64,000 nucleotides of DNA from a candidate division WOR-3 bacterium (lineage in GTDB: Bacteria > Hydrothermota > Tepidihabitantia > Tepidihabitantales > Tepidihabitantaceae): assembly GCA_965649205.1 (NCBI GenBank), contig CBFGJV010000006.1, positions 1-64,000 on the forward strand, given 5' to 3'. Made by a program: the position numbers and the translations under genes. The notes under the pieces were generated by a model. That model did no database searches. It was not told the DNA's origin and was given only the letters and a program-made list of their open reading frames with translations. The first letter of the stretch is position 1; the number at the start of each line of letters is the position of its first letter. Positions 38,481 to 49,057 of the stretch are shown in pieces.

Positions 38481-39593
38481 ATGAGCGCTACGTCCCCTCG
38501 CGTTCTGGTACGCCGGGTGGGCGACTTGGCGAATGCCGTCGACGAAGCCTTGGACTTTATCGGCTACGACTTTGCCGGCAAGAAGGTATGGGTCAAACCT
38601 AACCTGCTGGGCCCTCACCCGCCAGAACGGTCAGTTACCACCGCACCAGAACTTGTCCGTCATGTTGTCCGTGCTCTCCGCGCTCGCCAAGCTACAGAAA
38701 TCTGGGTAGCAGACAATCCGGCTGGAGGACTTCAACGTCACATCGCCGAATACCTTGCCCCTACGGGCGTAGTCCAGGCTAGCGAAGGCTGTTTTCGCAG
38801 CATATCTGAAACGCCCGTCACGCTGCGACTGCAATCCCGCTTTATTCCTGAGATAGTAGTTTCCCGCATCATCACTGAAGCAGATGTCATTCTCAATCTC
38901 CCCGTGTTCAAAACCCATGCCCTCACTATACTCACTGGAGCAGTAAAAAACCTGTTTGGCATTATTCCTGGTGGCCAGAAATCTGCCCTGCACATGCTTG
39001 CCCGCTCTGGTGACGATTTTGGCGAACTTCTGGTTGATATCTACCAGGCTATCCCAATCCCGGTGCTTACAATAATGGATGCGTTACGCGGTATGGACGG
39101 CCTCAACGGTCCTTCTAGCGGACGCGTACTGTCTTTGGGCAGAATCTTATCCTCGCCCGACCCTGCCGCTCTGGATCTGGTAATGGCTAAGCTGGCTGGC
39201 GCAGACCCCCAAAGAATTCCCACGGTAAGAATTGCCGCTCAACGTGGACTTGGCCCTGCTCACCTAAACGAGATAAACTTGGCAGGCGACTGGGAACCGA
39301 TACGCGGATTCAAACTACCTCCGACCCGGCTCGCCACCAGTCTTACAGGCATCTCCTCCCTGCTCGCCTATCCCCTTCTCCGTCGCTGGCCCCTGCTCAA
39401 ACCCCACCGCTGTATCAAATGTAGCCGCTGCACTGATAACTGCCCAGTTAAGGCTATCAAGCTGATCCCCTTTCCCCAAATAGACCGTTCCAGATGCATA
39501 CTCTGCTATTGTTGCGCGGAACTATGTCCAGTGAGCGCCATGCATGTCCCCGGTCAATTCCAAGCGCTGGTGCAAAACCTGCTCCGCCGCTAG
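38481..39593 (+). CDS. DUF362 protein with C-terminal 2x[4Fe-4S] domain
   Basis: VKPNL, KTH-LT-LTGAVKNLFG, K--LH, GP; CxxCxxCxxxCP twice. Confidence 0.9.
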   Translation: MSATSPRVLVRRVGDLANAVDEALDFIGYDFAGKKVWVKPNLLGPHPPERSVTTAPELVRHVVRALRARQATEIWVADNPAGGLQRHIAEYLAPTGVVQASEGCFRSISETPVTLRLQSRFIPEIVVSRIITEADVILNLPVFKTHALTILTGAVKNLFGIIPGGQKSALHMLARSGDDFGELLVDIYQAIPIPVLTIMDALRGMDGLNGPSSGRVLSLGRILSSPDPAALDLVMAKLAGADPQRIPTVRIAAQRGLGPAHLNEINLAGDWEPIRGFKLPPTRLATSLTGISSLLAYPLLRRWPLLKPHRCIKCSRCTDNCPVKAIKLIPFPQIDRSRCILCYCCAELCPVSAMHVPGQFQALVQNLLRR

Positions 39594-39600
39594 TAGTTTC

Positions 39601-39912
39601 TGCCTTCCCGGCTGTATGCTGACTTGTGTGCCCCCCACTGACAAGAACCCTCCACCCAATGACTTCGGAGCCTACCCCGACTTCCAACCGCAGGACATAG
39701 CACGCAACCCACCTACTCTTCCTGCCGCCATTGATATCCTACGCCAGTTCCCAACTGCCATGACCACTTAACCCGTTACCATCACGTCAGTTACAGCCAA
39801 AACTCTTTTTCTGATTCGTACTCGTATTCGTTCCCCCCCCCTCTCCTGAACCTGCTGACCGACTCAGTGGGGGAGTCACTCCCCCATCAATTTCCGTGCC
39901 AATTTTGCCGTC
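39601..39912. repeat. Weakly 12-bp periodic C-rich intergenic tract with a palindrome
   Basis: 12-nt phasing from 39601: last base pyrimidine 26/26, position 10 purine 21/26; palindrome TGGGGGAGT-C-ACTCCCCCA at ~39868-39886. Confidence 0.45.
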
Positions 39913-39931
39913 TTCGGGCCGTTCTCTTGTC

Positions 39932-40828
39932 TCAAACAGAAACCTGGGGAATATCTTTCGGGCGACTTACTGCCAGGTAGATAGCAAAAAGTATGACAAC
40001 CCCGCCTATCACCTCCCAAGTTTTGGGCGGTTCTCGCAGCAGAAGCCAGCCCAAAAGCGAAGCCCCGACCGGTTCAAATAGGATGACCATCGCTACCACA
40101 GGTGCGGGCAAATAACGAAGTGCCCAGTTGAAACTGGTATGACCTATCAATTGAGGACCAAGTCCCAGAAGCAGTATCAACATGTAACTTTTGCCTGAAT
40201 ACCCGACCACAGGCAAGCCCGCAACCGCCACAACCCCCAATAACAAGAGGGCGGCTACGGTGTACATCACGTAAACATAGCCCACCAGTCCCACCCGCTG
40301 TCTCACCCTTCTCCCCAGGAGAAGATACCCTGCCGCACATACAGCTCCTCCTATAGCCAGAAGATTTCCACTAGTAACAAGACTCGAGCCCAACCCCGGT
40401 CCGGCAATGAGAGCAGCACCCGCAACTCCCATGCCTGTAGCCAGATACAGACGCCAGGAAGTCTTTTCTCGCAAGAACAGGGGTGCAGCTAGAGCGACAA
40501 ACACGGGGTCCATTGCCACAAGTACAACCGAACTGGTTATCGACGTACGTCTCAACGACTCTATCCAGAAGGCAAAGTGCAAAGCCAGAAAGACACCTGC
40601 GGCAATGGAAAACATCCAATCTCTGGCTTGAAACTGTACCCTCATAAGCCGCCATCGTGTCCAGAAAAAAGGAGCAAGAAACAGCGCGGCAACAACCAGC
40701 CTGCCCGCCGCTATTATCAGTGCCGGAGCTACCACAAGCCGGATTATGATGGCAGCAAAAGAAAGAGTGGTCACTCCTGCGGCCAAAACCAGTCCGGGGT
40801 TGACCTGCGCCTTTTTGTTTGCTGGCAC
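39932..40828 (-). CDS. DMT/EamA family transporter
   Basis: About 10 TM helices; FLALHFAFWIESL, PLFLREK, GHTSFNWAL, EPVGA. GTG40828 preferred because the ORF-track TTG40861 coincides with the -35 box. Confidence 0.9.
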   Translation of the reverse strand: MPANKKAQVNPGLVLAAGVTTLSFAAIIIRLVVAPALIIAAGRLVVAALFLAPFFWTRWRLMRVQFQARDWMFSIAAGVFLALHFAFWIESLRRTSITSSVVLVAMDPVFVALAAPLFLREKTSWRLYLATGMGVAGAALIAGPGLGSSLVTSGNLLAIGGAVCAAGYLLLGRRVRQRVGLVGYVYVMYTVAALLLLGVVAVAGLPVVGYSGKSYMLILLLGLGPQLIGHTSFNWALRYLPAPVVAMVILFEPVGASLLGWLLLREPPKTWEVIGGVVILFAIYLAVSRPKDIPQVSV

Positions 40829-40920
40829 AGTTTGTTCTAGCAAGTTCTGCCCGTCGGTCAAGACGATTAATCGGGAAAAAGCCCGTTTGACTTACCAGTT
40901 GGTATTTCTAAGATTCCGCC

Positions 40921-43179
40921 ATGCCTTGGTTCCTGCTGCTGCTTTCCAGTCAAACTCCTCTCACGAGCCCCGGAGTACTGATTTTCTCGGACACCGTTTT
41001 CTACGGCGGTAAATTGGTACGTTTCTACAGCCGCACGGAAGAAGTGGTACTTTTGGATTCTGCCTGGGTCCGGTATCGGGATATGACTGTGTATTCTGAT
41101 TCCATTCACTACCACGTGGGAAAACACAGATTGACCGCAACCGGAGACGTACTCTTTGTCGCCGGCGAACAGAATGTCACCGGTTCCCTATTGCAGTATG
41201 ATATTGACACCCGCAAAGGCTGGATGCGACAGGCACGCACCCGGGTAGAAAATGGTTTTTTCTGGGCCAGGGAACTCTGGCTGGTAAAAGAAAGAGTGCT
41301 GCACGCCCGCACCGGTTATTACACAACGTGTGATCATTACCCTCCTCATTACTATTTTCTGGGTCCGCGCACCAAGTTGCTTATGCATGATGTGGCTATC
41401 GCTGAACCCGTGGTGTTGAAGATTCTTGGTATGCCGGTACTGGCTGCTCCCTTCTGGCTGGTACCAGTCTCAGAAAAGCGTAAGTCAGGACTCATGTCCT
41501 TCAAAGTAGGAAACGCCAAAGACCAGGGACTGTATGCCAAGAATCTGGCTTACTACTGGGTCATAAACGACTACGCAGACGCCACTTTCTACTGCGACGT
41601 AATGACCCGAAAAGGAATCCAGCCGCGGCTGGAGGCTGTGTACATAGTGAACCCCTATGCCCGCGGCTCTCTGCAAGGTTCTTTCATCCAGGAGTGGGAT
41701 ACCCGACGCAGACGGTACAGCGTAAACGCGGCTCACAACTCGCGCTTTTTCTTTGGTTCCGAACTGGCCGCCAAGGTTGACTACATCTCAGACCGCTCCT
41801 ATGCGCCCGATTACGCCGAGGAAAGATTGGAATGGCTGAAACAGGACGTACTGTCTTATGCCGAACTCGTACGCAGTTTCGGTCGTACCGCTCGAAGCTC
41901 AGCCCGAATTGAGTATCAAAATGACTTCGCTCGCCATCGTCGTTTCATCAGCTTGCCCTCCGCCCGAGTAAGTTTCAGCGCTCGACCTCTGGCTGGGGGC
42001 TGGACGGCGAGCCCCAATCTTTCCGCCACAAACCTAATTTCGGTGTACTCTGATTCCCTCGGCAATGATACGGCGACGGTTGTCAACCGCAACGGAAAAA
42101 CCAGCTTGGGAATCTCCAGCCCGCAGTATTCTTTAGCCCAGTTCGGCAATCTGAGCCTTTCCTGGGATTTGAGCTTGGCCGAGATGCGCTCTTGGCGCAA
42201 TAGTCTGATCGCCTCCGCTTCCCGGCCGGCCACGCTTGGTTTCAACCTGCAGACTTCCCAAAAACTGGCCGGCTCTTTCCAGTTCTACGAAGACCTGAAT
42301 TTTTCGCGCACCGATAACCTGCTTGATTCAACTGCAGCTCCACCTGATTACTCGGCTTCACTTTCTTCCAGCTTCTCACTGTTCCGCATCTATGCTCTTG
42401 AAGCACTCGGACTTTACGGTGTCCTGCACACCGCTCGCCCCCTTATTCAAATTCGCTACTCACCGCAAGTCACAAGTTCCGGCTTCTTTGGTCGGTTGAC
42501 CCCTCTCAACCCCGCAGCCGCAGCCGTCGATTTGGCCTTAGACAACGGATTTGAAGCTAAAACCGGAAAAGAAAAAAGCAAGTTCGACCTTGGTCGGCTA
42601 AGCCTGAACACAAACTATGACCTGTTAAGCGGCAAATTGTCGCCGCTGCGGGCCGATGTCGCTGTTACACCCCTCAGTTTCGTGTCTGGCCTCCAGCTCC
42701 AGATAAACGCAGGAACGAGCTTGAACTTTGCTACAAGACGTGTGAGCGAAGACTATTCATTTCTGACCACTTTGAACTGGAACAAAAGCGTATCCTGGAG
42801 ACAAGCACGGCAAACTCCGACAAACAAAGAAGAGTCGTTGCCCAAGTCGCCTGATTCTTCTCCTCCAGCTCCACAGCCCGGCATGGACATCGGGGTGAGC
42901 CTGAACTACGTTCTGACCAGAACCAGCAATATGCTTACCGGTAACATAACCATCTCTTTTCCCGGCTGGAAAGTTTCCGTAGGTAGTTTTGGTTACAACT
43001 TCGCCACCTCTCAACTCACCAACTACAGTCTGACTATCTGGAAAGACCTACACTGTTGGGAGGCTATCGGAGAGCTGCGCAGACTTGGCAACAGATGGAC
43101 CTACGATTTTCAGGTGCGTATCAAACTGTTGCAGGATGTGAGATTCAGCAAAAGTATGTTTGGTGCTTTCCTTCCATGA
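40921..43179 (+). CDS. lptD: LptD-like LPS assembly outer-membrane protein
   Basis: OstA-like N-terminus, YTTCD-PHY, RKSG, beta-barrel pattern, DLHCWE. Confidence 0.8.
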   Translation: MPWFLLLLSSQTPLTSPGVLIFSDTVFYGGKLVRFYSRTEEVVLLDSAWVRYRDMTVYSDSIHYHVGKHRLTATGDVLFVAGEQNVTGSLLQYDIDTRKGWMRQARTRVENGFFWARELWLVKERVLHARTGYYTTCDHYPPHYYFLGPRTKLLMHDVAIAEPVVLKILGMPVLAAPFWLVPVSEKRKSGLMSFKVGNAKDQGLYAKNLAYYWVINDYADATFYCDVMTRKGIQPRLEAVYIVNPYARGSLQGSFIQEWDTRRRRYSVNAAHNSRFFFGSELAAKVDYISDRSYAPDYAEERLEWLKQDVLSYAELVRSFGRTARSSARIEYQNDFARHRRFISLPSARVSFSARPLAGGWTASPNLSATNLISVYSDSLGNDTATVVNRNGKTSLGISSPQYSLAQFGNLSLSWDLSLAEMRSWRNSLIASASRPATLGFNLQTSQKLAGSFQFYEDLNFSRTDNLLDSTAAPPDYSASLSSSFSLFRIYALEALGLYGVLHTARPLIQIRYSPQVTSSGFFGRLTPLNPAAAAVDLALDNGFEAKTGKEKSKFDLGRLSLNTNYDLLSGKLSPLRADVAVTPLSFVSGLQLQINAGTSLNFATRRVSEDYSFLTTLNWNKSVSWRQARQTPTNKEESLPKSPDSSPPAPQPGMDIGVSLNYVLTRTSNMLTGNITISFPGWKVSVGSFGYNFATSQLTNYSLTIWKDLHCWEAIGELRRLGNRWTYDFQVRIKLLQDVRFSKSMFGAFLP

Positions 43180-43249
43180 GCGGAACAAACGCACTGCTTT
43201 CTCGCTTGCTCTTTCCCGTTCTTCCCGGTAGGTTCAACCACTGTCTCTG

Positions 43250-43822
43250 ATGTTGTATTTGGCTTCCACCTCTCCCCGCAGACGTCAGATAATGCGAATG
43301 CTGGCCATTCCTTTCCGGGTTATCCCGCCCCGCTGGAATGAACCTGAACCTTCAGCCGGCACCGACCCGGCGGCTTATGTTCTCACCAATGCCAGAGCTA
43401 AAGCTGGTTCGGTCGGTATAAGAAAACCTGAGGCTCTGATTATTGGCGTGGATACTGCCGTAGTTCTGGGAAATACTGTCTTGGGCAAGCCTACCGGTCC
43501 TGCCCAAGTAATGGAAATGATGAAAATGCTGTCCGGGCGCACGCACCAAGTAATCACAGGCGTCTCCGTTCTTGCTGTTGCCCGACAGGTCACTTGGTCT
43601 GGAACAGAAATCAGCCTTGTGACTTTCCGCCGGCTCAATGCTCGGGAACTCTGTAATTACTCCCGCTTGCGAGAACCCTTAGACAAAGCCGGTGCCTATG
43701 CCATACAGGGATACGCCGGCAGATTCATCACCGACCTTTCCGGAAGCTATTTCAATATAGTAGGACTGCCGGTCATGCTTCTGGTTAAACTGCTGATTCG
43801 CGCCGGCTACAACCCAGGGTAA
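43250..43822 (+). CDS. maf: Maf family nucleoside triphosphate pyrophosphatase
   Basis: LASTSPRR, DT-V, LGKP, LSGRTHQV-TG, DKAGAYAIQG, NIVGLP. Confidence 0.93.
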   Translation: MLYLASTSPRRRQIMRMLAIPFRVIPPRWNEPEPSAGTDPAAYVLTNARAKAGSVGIRKPEALIIGVDTAVVLGNTVLGKPTGPAQVMEMMKMLSGRTHQVITGVSVLAVARQVTWSGTEISLVTFRRLNARELCNYSRLREPLDKAGAYAIQGYAGRFITDLSGSYFNIVGLPVMLLVKLLIRAGYNPG

Positions 43823-43829
43823 GGTCTCT

Positions 43830-44540
43830 TCAGGGAGTTCTCTTCTTTAAAACAAAATGCAGGTCCTTGTCCCGACGCTCATCGTTATTTTCCAGCACGA
43901 ACGCATATACATCGCTTGTTCGCAGACTGAAACGCAACGAATCCTCCCGAACCCGTATCCTACTGGCTAGAGTTTCGCAAGGTTGCCGTTGTAGCCAATG
44001 TCCGTAATTAGCCCGGTCAAACACAAGAACCGATACAGCCGGGGTATCCACAGCGAAAAAGACCTCTACTTCGTATCCTGCAGACAGACTCTCATGCCAG
44101 ACCCGGAAAGTGCCAGCTTTTACTGCGCCCCAGTAGTCCATCAGCACAGTGGTTCGTCGGTTCACCCATATCACTATACTGTCGCTCGTCTTCAGACCTT
44201 CCTGGTCTGTCACTGTGCAACGTAACAATGCATACCCGGAAGACTCCGGCGCATACCACTTCACCCTGAACAAAGAGTCCCACGCCAGTCGACCGCGTGT
44301 TGCTTGCCAGGAGTAGACTACTGGTCCGCCTCCCCAATCCCAGGCCAGACAGTCATACTGAGCGCTGTCCAACGCAAGTACCACAGAATCACCCTTTATG
44401 TATTCAAGATGCGGGGGCTTGCCTTTCACGCAACCGGAGTATCCCCAAATCCCCAGAATCAGGAAAAACCAGGCTAACCGACAGACAGAAGACACAGGTG
44501 GCACTTCAAAGAAGTGTAACCGGCCCGACCGCCGTTTCAA
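43830..44540 (-). CDS. Hypothetical lipoprotein with Ig/PKD-like domain
   Basis: Hydrophobic stretch ending YSGC; YSW-A-G, W-AP, CTVTD-G beta-sandwich pattern; start uncertain. Confidence 0.65.
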   Translation of the reverse strand: MKRRSGRLHFFEVPPVSSVCRLAWFFLILGIWGYSGCVKGKPPHLEYIKGDSVVLALDSAQYDCLAWDWGGGPVVYSWQATRGRLAWDSLFRVKWYAPESSGYALLRCTVTDQEGLKTSDSIVIWVNRRTTVLMDYWGAVKAGTFRVWHESLSAGYEVEVFFAVDTPAVSVLVFDRANYGHWLQRQPCETLASRIRVREDSLRFSLRTSDVYAFVLENNDERRDKDLHFVLKKRTP

Positions 44541-44640
44541 GAGCCGGAGGTCTTAGAATGCGATTTTGGACAGAAACCAAAAATGCCTTGACTTCGCTCT
44601 AGGCTCAAATATCCTTAGGCCAGACTGAAAGGAGGTCTAT

Positions 44641-45648
44641 TTGGCAGCCAGAATCGCAATCAACGGCTTCGGACGTATCGGCCGACTCGTAGCCCGCCTG
44701 ACCGTTGATCATCCTCGTCTCACTCTGGTGGGCATCAACGATGTCACCGACTCCAAAACCTTGGCACACCTGCTCAAATACGACTCCGTACATGGCCGAC
44801 TCCAAGTTGATATCACTGCGCGCGAGAACGAAATCGTCATTGCCGGCCGCCCGGCCCGAGTTACAGCAGAGAAAGACCCGCAGAAGCTTCCCTGGCGAGA
44901 GCTGGGCGTGGATATTGTCATTGAATCAACTGGAGTGTTTCGTTCCCAGGAAAAAGCCGGTTCCCACTTAGCTGCAGGTGCCAAAAAGGTGATTATTTCC
45001 GCTCCCCCAAAAGGCGAAGGAGTAAAATCTTTTGTCGTGGGCGTAAATCACACTACCTATAATCCCGAAACCGACCACATTATCTCCAATGCTTCTTGCA
45101 CTACTAACTGCGTCGTACCAGTGGCCAAAGTCCTGCATGACAACTTTGGCATAAAAAGCGCATACATGACTACGGTTCACGCCTACACCAATGATCAGCG
45201 CATTCTGGATTTGCCTCACTCCGACCTGCGCCGAGCTCGAGCTGCTGGACTCTCCATGATTCCCACCTCCACCGGGGCCGCAAAACTCATCGGCGTCATA
45301 TTTCCCGAGCTCAAAGGCAAAGTAGATGGAATGGCCATCAGAGTTCCCACCGCTAATGTTTCCCTTGTAGACCTCAGCTGTATAACAGAGAAAAAGACCA
45401 CGGTAGAGGAAGTGAACGCTGCTTTCCAAGCGGCTGCCTCAGGTTCTCTCAAAGGCATTCTGGAATACGTAACCGAACCACTTGTATCTGTGGATTTCAA
45501 CGGCAATCCGCACTCTGCCTGTTTCGACTCCAGCCTTACTGCGGTCGTGGACGGAAACCTGGTCAAGACCTATTCCTGGTACGATAATGAGTACGGATAC
45601 TCCTGCCGTCTGGTAGATTTAGCCTGTTACATCGCTACGTACCTATGA
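44641..45648 (+). CDS. gap: Type I glyceraldehyde-3-phosphate dehydrogenase
   Basis: INGFGRIGR, SNASCTTNC, WYDNE; SD AGGAGG with TTG start. Confidence 0.97.
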   Translation: MAARIAINGFGRIGRLVARLTVDHPRLTLVGINDVTDSKTLAHLLKYDSVHGRLQVDITARENEIVIAGRPARVTAEKDPQKLPWRELGVDIVIESTGVFRSQEKAGSHLAAGAKKVIISAPPKGEGVKSFVVGVNHTTYNPETDHIISNASCTTNCVVPVAKVLHDNFGIKSAYMTTVHAYTNDQRILDLPHSDLRRARAAGLSMIPTSTGAAKLIGVIFPELKGKVDGMAIRVPTANVSLVDLSCITEKKTTVEEVNAAFQAAASGSLKGILEYVTEPLVSVDFNGNPHSACFDSSLTAVVDGNLVKTYSWYDNEYGYSCRLVDLACYIATYL

Positions 45649-46826
45649 ACAAATTAACAGTTAGAGACTTAGACGTACGGGCAAAACGCGTCTTTCTGCG
45701 CGTAGATTTCAATGTGCCCATGTCAGAAAATGGCCGGATACGTGACTTGGCACGTATTGTGGCCGCTCTGCCAACACTACAGTATCTCTTGGACCACGGA
45801 GCTGGGGTAATTCTGGCTTCCCATCTGGGTAAAGCCAAAGGCAGACCAGACCCCAGATATTCGTTGCACCCTATTCTACCAGTAATAGCCCAGCTGGTAG
45901 GTAGCCCGGTCGGCTATACCCCGGTCTATACTGGTGAAAACGCCGCTCAGGTAAGAGCCAGAGCCTTACCGGGCACTGTAACGTTACTAGAAAACCTACG
46001 TTTCCACCCCGGAGAAACAGCCAATGACCCCGGTTTCGCTAAGGAGCTGGCTTCCCTTGCCGACCTGTATGTCAACGACGCCTTTGGCGCCGCCCATCGC
46101 GCCCATGCGTCCACAGTAGGGGTACCGAAGTTCTTTGGTCAGCCAGCAGCCGGTCTACTCATGGAAACAGAAATCTGTCGCCTTTCTCGCCTTCTCAATA
46201 ATCCAGCCAGACCCTTTGTGGCCATAATCGGGGGGTCTAAAATATCTGACAAGGCCGGAGTACTTGCCAAGCTGCTTCCTCAGCTTGATCAAGCCATAAT
46301 CGGCGGTGCAGCGGCTTTCAACTTCCTCAAAGCCCGAGGCATAAGTATAGGACGCTCTCTTTGGGAACCAGAGATTAGCGACACACTTGCCCCTCTCGCT
46401 CACGACCCCAAGCTAGTACTGCCCACCGATGTGGTAGTAAGCACCAGTCCGGACAACGAAGCCGGCGCCCTGGTTGTACCGGTAACGCGCATACCAGACG
46501 ACCGCATGGGCCTAGACATCGGACCGCAATCTGCCGAGTTGTTTACCAAGGTACTACAGAAAGCCCAGACTATCGTGTGGGCAGGTCCGATGGGCGTGTT
46601 CGAACGGACAGCGTTTGCTTCCGGCACTCTGGCTGTAGCCAAAGCTATGGCCGAAGCAACGGAGAATGGCGCCAACACGGTAGTGGGAGGTGGCGACACA
46701 GGGGCTGCACTAAGCAAGTTCGGCTACGCACTCAAAATGACCCATGTTTCTACAGGCGGCGGCGCTTGCCTAGAATTTCTGCAGGGACGGGAACTTCCCG
46801 GGATAGCTGCACTGGCAGACAGGTGA
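45645..46826 (+). CDS. pgk: Phosphoglycerate kinase
   Basis: RVDFNVP, SHLG, LLENLRF, NDAFG-AHRAHAS, GGGDT, STGGGA. Confidence 0.97.
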   Translation: MNKLTVRDLDVRAKRVFLRVDFNVPMSENGRIRDLARIVAALPTLQYLLDHGAGVILASHLGKAKGRPDPRYSLHPILPVIAQLVGSPVGYTPVYTGENAAQVRARALPGTVTLLENLRFHPGETANDPGFAKELASLADLYVNDAFGAAHRAHASTVGVPKFFGQPAAGLLMETEICRLSRLLNNPARPFVAIIGGSKISDKAGVLAKLLPQLDQAIIGGAAAFNFLKARGISIGRSLWEPEISDTLAPLAHDPKLVLPTDVVVSTSPDNEAGALVVPVTRIPDDRMGLDIGPQSAELFTKVLQKAQTIVWAGPMGVFERTAFASGTLAVAKAMAEATENGANTVVGGGDTGAALSKFGYALKMTHVSTGGGACLEFLQGRELPGIAALADR

Positions 46827-47593
46827 ATCCGAAAAGAATTCCTCTCATCGCCGCAAACTGGAAGATGCATTTTTCCGCCTCTGAGGCACGAGCCTTTATC
46901 ATTACTCTCAAACCTTTTCTAAAGAATTTGCGTGATCGAGAAGTAGCTATCTTTCCCCAGTTTACCGCTATCGCTGCTGTCAGTGAAGAATTGCGTGACC
47001 CCAATATTACCTGCGGAGGTCAAGACCTGTACTGGGAAGCACAGGGACCTTACACCGGAGAAGTGTCTGCTTCCTCTCTTACTGACTTGGGCTGTGTTTA
47101 TGTTCTCGTGGGTCATTCAGAAAGACGCCGTCTTTTCGGCGAAACTGATGAAACTTGCCGACTCAAGATTCGCGCCGCACTCGGCGGCAAACTTACCCCA
47201 ATTCTCTGCATAGGTGAAACTCTTGAGGAAAGAGAAACCGGCAATACGAAAATAGTATTAGAAAGGCAGATTAGAACCGCTCTTGCCGACGTTAATGAGC
47301 AAGACACGCTGGTCATAGCCTATGAGCCGGTGTGGGCCATAGGCACCGGTCGCAATGCCAGTCCAGAACAAGCCCAGGAAATACATGCTTGGGCTAGGGA
47401 ACTTATCGGTCAAATCATCGGTTCCCACAGCGCCCAAGAAACGAGAATACTGTACGGCGGGTCGGTTAATCCTGCGAATATCGATGACCTGATGGCTCAA
47501 CCAGACGTAGACGGCGTACTGGTGGGCGGAGCCAGTCTGGATGTTCAATCATTCAGCCGAATCGTATGGTTCCGTAAAACACCAGCAGTCTGA
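46823..47593 (+). CDS. tpiA: Triose-phosphate isomerase
   Basis: [37 protein letters not shown]46823 overlaps the pgk stop. Confidence 0.97.
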   Translation: MNPKRIPLIAANWKMHFSASEARAFIITLKPFLKNLRDREVAIFPQFTAIAAVSEELRDPNITCGGQDLYWEAQGPYTGEVSASSLTDLGCVYVLVGHSERRRLFGETDETCRLKIRAALGGKLTPILCIGETLEERETGNTKIVLERQIRTALADVNEQDTLVIAYEPVWAIGTGRNASPEQAQEIHAWARELIGQIIGSHSAQETRILYGGSVNPANIDDLMAQPDVDGVLVGGASLDVQSFSRIVWFRKTPAV

Positions 47594-47619
47594 AGCGAGT
47601 CTTTGCTCTGCTCCAACGA

Positions 47620-48378
47620 CTAGAAAATACTGATTCGAAAGTAACGCCTAGGATTTGACTTTATGTCTATAAGAAGAGACTGTAATTTTTCGTTTGTGGC
47701 CCTCAACTCCTGATATAGCTCTTCTGAGCGCAGCAACTTACCTAATGTGGAAGGTGCTTCCAGTAACCCAACTAAACTATCCAGACGACAAGATATGGCC
47801 TGCAAACTACGATCAGCCTCCTCCAGCCCGACGCCGAGCCGGTCTACCCCTACGGCGAAATTCCGAATCTCACAGGCGAAGCTATCCAGAAACAAACGGG
47901 CTTTTTCTTCTATATCCTTTTCCAGAGAAACGGGGTCAAGACTCTCTAACATTCTGTCCAGCCGCAAGAAGGTACTTTCCAAGCTGAGCACCTCGTTTGT
48001 TCCCTCGAACACATATCCTGGTCTCGCCTCCGGCCCGGAACCTGTGGTAACCATTAAGTAGCGGTCACTACCCAGATAGCTTACGGACCTTATGGCAAAC
48101 TTCGTATCCTCTGTAAGCTTCACGTCGCCATCAATGGCAACCACACATTTAACCTTGGCTTTCTCCAGCGTAAGCGCTAGGACTCTGCCTTTGGGCAACC
48201 CCCTCACCTCCACCGGATCACCTGCTCTGAGGCCGGACACATCGTCGAACATCACCACCACCCTATACCGTCTCGCCGAAACTATTCTCCCCGAAAGCCA
48301 CAGATAGGCAGCTACCCCAAGGCCAAAACCCAAAACCAGAAACATAACCACCATTACCTCACGTGCGGACTTGCTCAT
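47620..48378 (-). CDS. mlaD: MlaD/MCE family protein
   Basis: N-terminal TM; F-DVSGL-GDPV-V-G--G-V MCE motif; C-terminal DIK-NPRRY. Confidence 0.88.
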   Translation of the reverse strand: MSKSAREVMVVMFLVLGFGLGVAAYLWLSGRIVSARRYRVVVMFDDVSGLRAGDPVEVRGLPKGRVLALTLEKAKVKCVVAIDGDVKLTEDTKFAIRSVSYLGSDRYLMVTTGSGPEARPGYVFEGTNEVLSLESTFLRLDRMLESLDPVSLEKDIEEKARLFLDSFACEIRNFAVGVDRLGVGLEEADRSLQAISCRLDSLVGLLEAPSTLGKLLRSEELYQELRATNEKLQSLLIDIKSNPRRYFRISIF

Positions 48379-49057
48379 AATCCTCCTTTCTCACCTGACT
48401 CAAAGGCAATACTTTCCCCTCGCGCAACATCAGAACCTCATCAGCTACAGCCGTAACTGCTTCCAAATCGTGCGTCACCACTATCTCGGTTTTACCCTCT
48501 TCGCCTCGCAAACTGCCCAGAAGGCTACATATTCTCTCTCTCATTATCGGGTCGAGCCCGGAAGTGGGCTCATCAAGAAAAAGATAGCGTGGGTTCATTA
48601 CTAGGGCTCGTGCCAGAGCTACCAACTTTATCATTCCGCCCGACAACTCCCTAGGCTTGAAATGGGCGCATCCCCGCATACCTACCTTTTCTAACGCCAT
48701 GGCGACCCGTTGCTCTACAACTCTTTTGTCCAACCACTCGTTCTCTACCAGGGGTAGAGCTACGTTACCGAATACATCTAGAGAATCAAACAGCGCCCCT
48801 CCCTGAAATACAAAACCGATCTGCTGTAATATACGTTGATTATCAGCAAAGGCTCCATAATGTATCGGCACGCCATCGTAACTTACTCCGCCCGTATCAG
48901 GCTTAAGCAGGCCCGTCATAATCCGAAGTAAAACACTCTTTCCCGCACCAGAGGCTCCCAGAATCACTAGAACGCGAGCATCAGCTACATTAAAGGTAAC
49001 CCGATCCAGAACCAGACGAGAACCAAAACGCTTGGAAACTTCCCGTACTTCTACCAT
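48359..49057 (-). CDS. mlaF: ABC transporter ATP-binding protein, MlaF-like
   Basis: GASGAGKS, FQGGALFDSL, LSGGM, DEPTSGLDP, VTHD. Confidence 0.88.
   Translation of the reverse strand: MVEVREVSKRFGSRLVLDRVTFNVADARVLVILGASGAGKSVLLRIMTGLLKPDTGGVSYDGVPIHYGAFADNQRILQQIGFVFQGGALFDSLDVFGNVALPLVENEWLDKRVVEQRVAMALEKVGMRGCAHFKPRELSGGMIKLVALARALVMNPRYLFLDEPTSGLDPIMRERICSLLGSLRGEEGKTEIVVTHDLEAVTAVADEVLMLREGKVLPLSQVRKEDYEQVRT

Noticed and set aside
46577..46822. 82-aa N-terminal extension of TpiA, possible PGK-TPI frameshift fusion
   Set aside because: GTG46823 overlapping the pgk stop gives a normal-length TpiA, and I see no slippery site.
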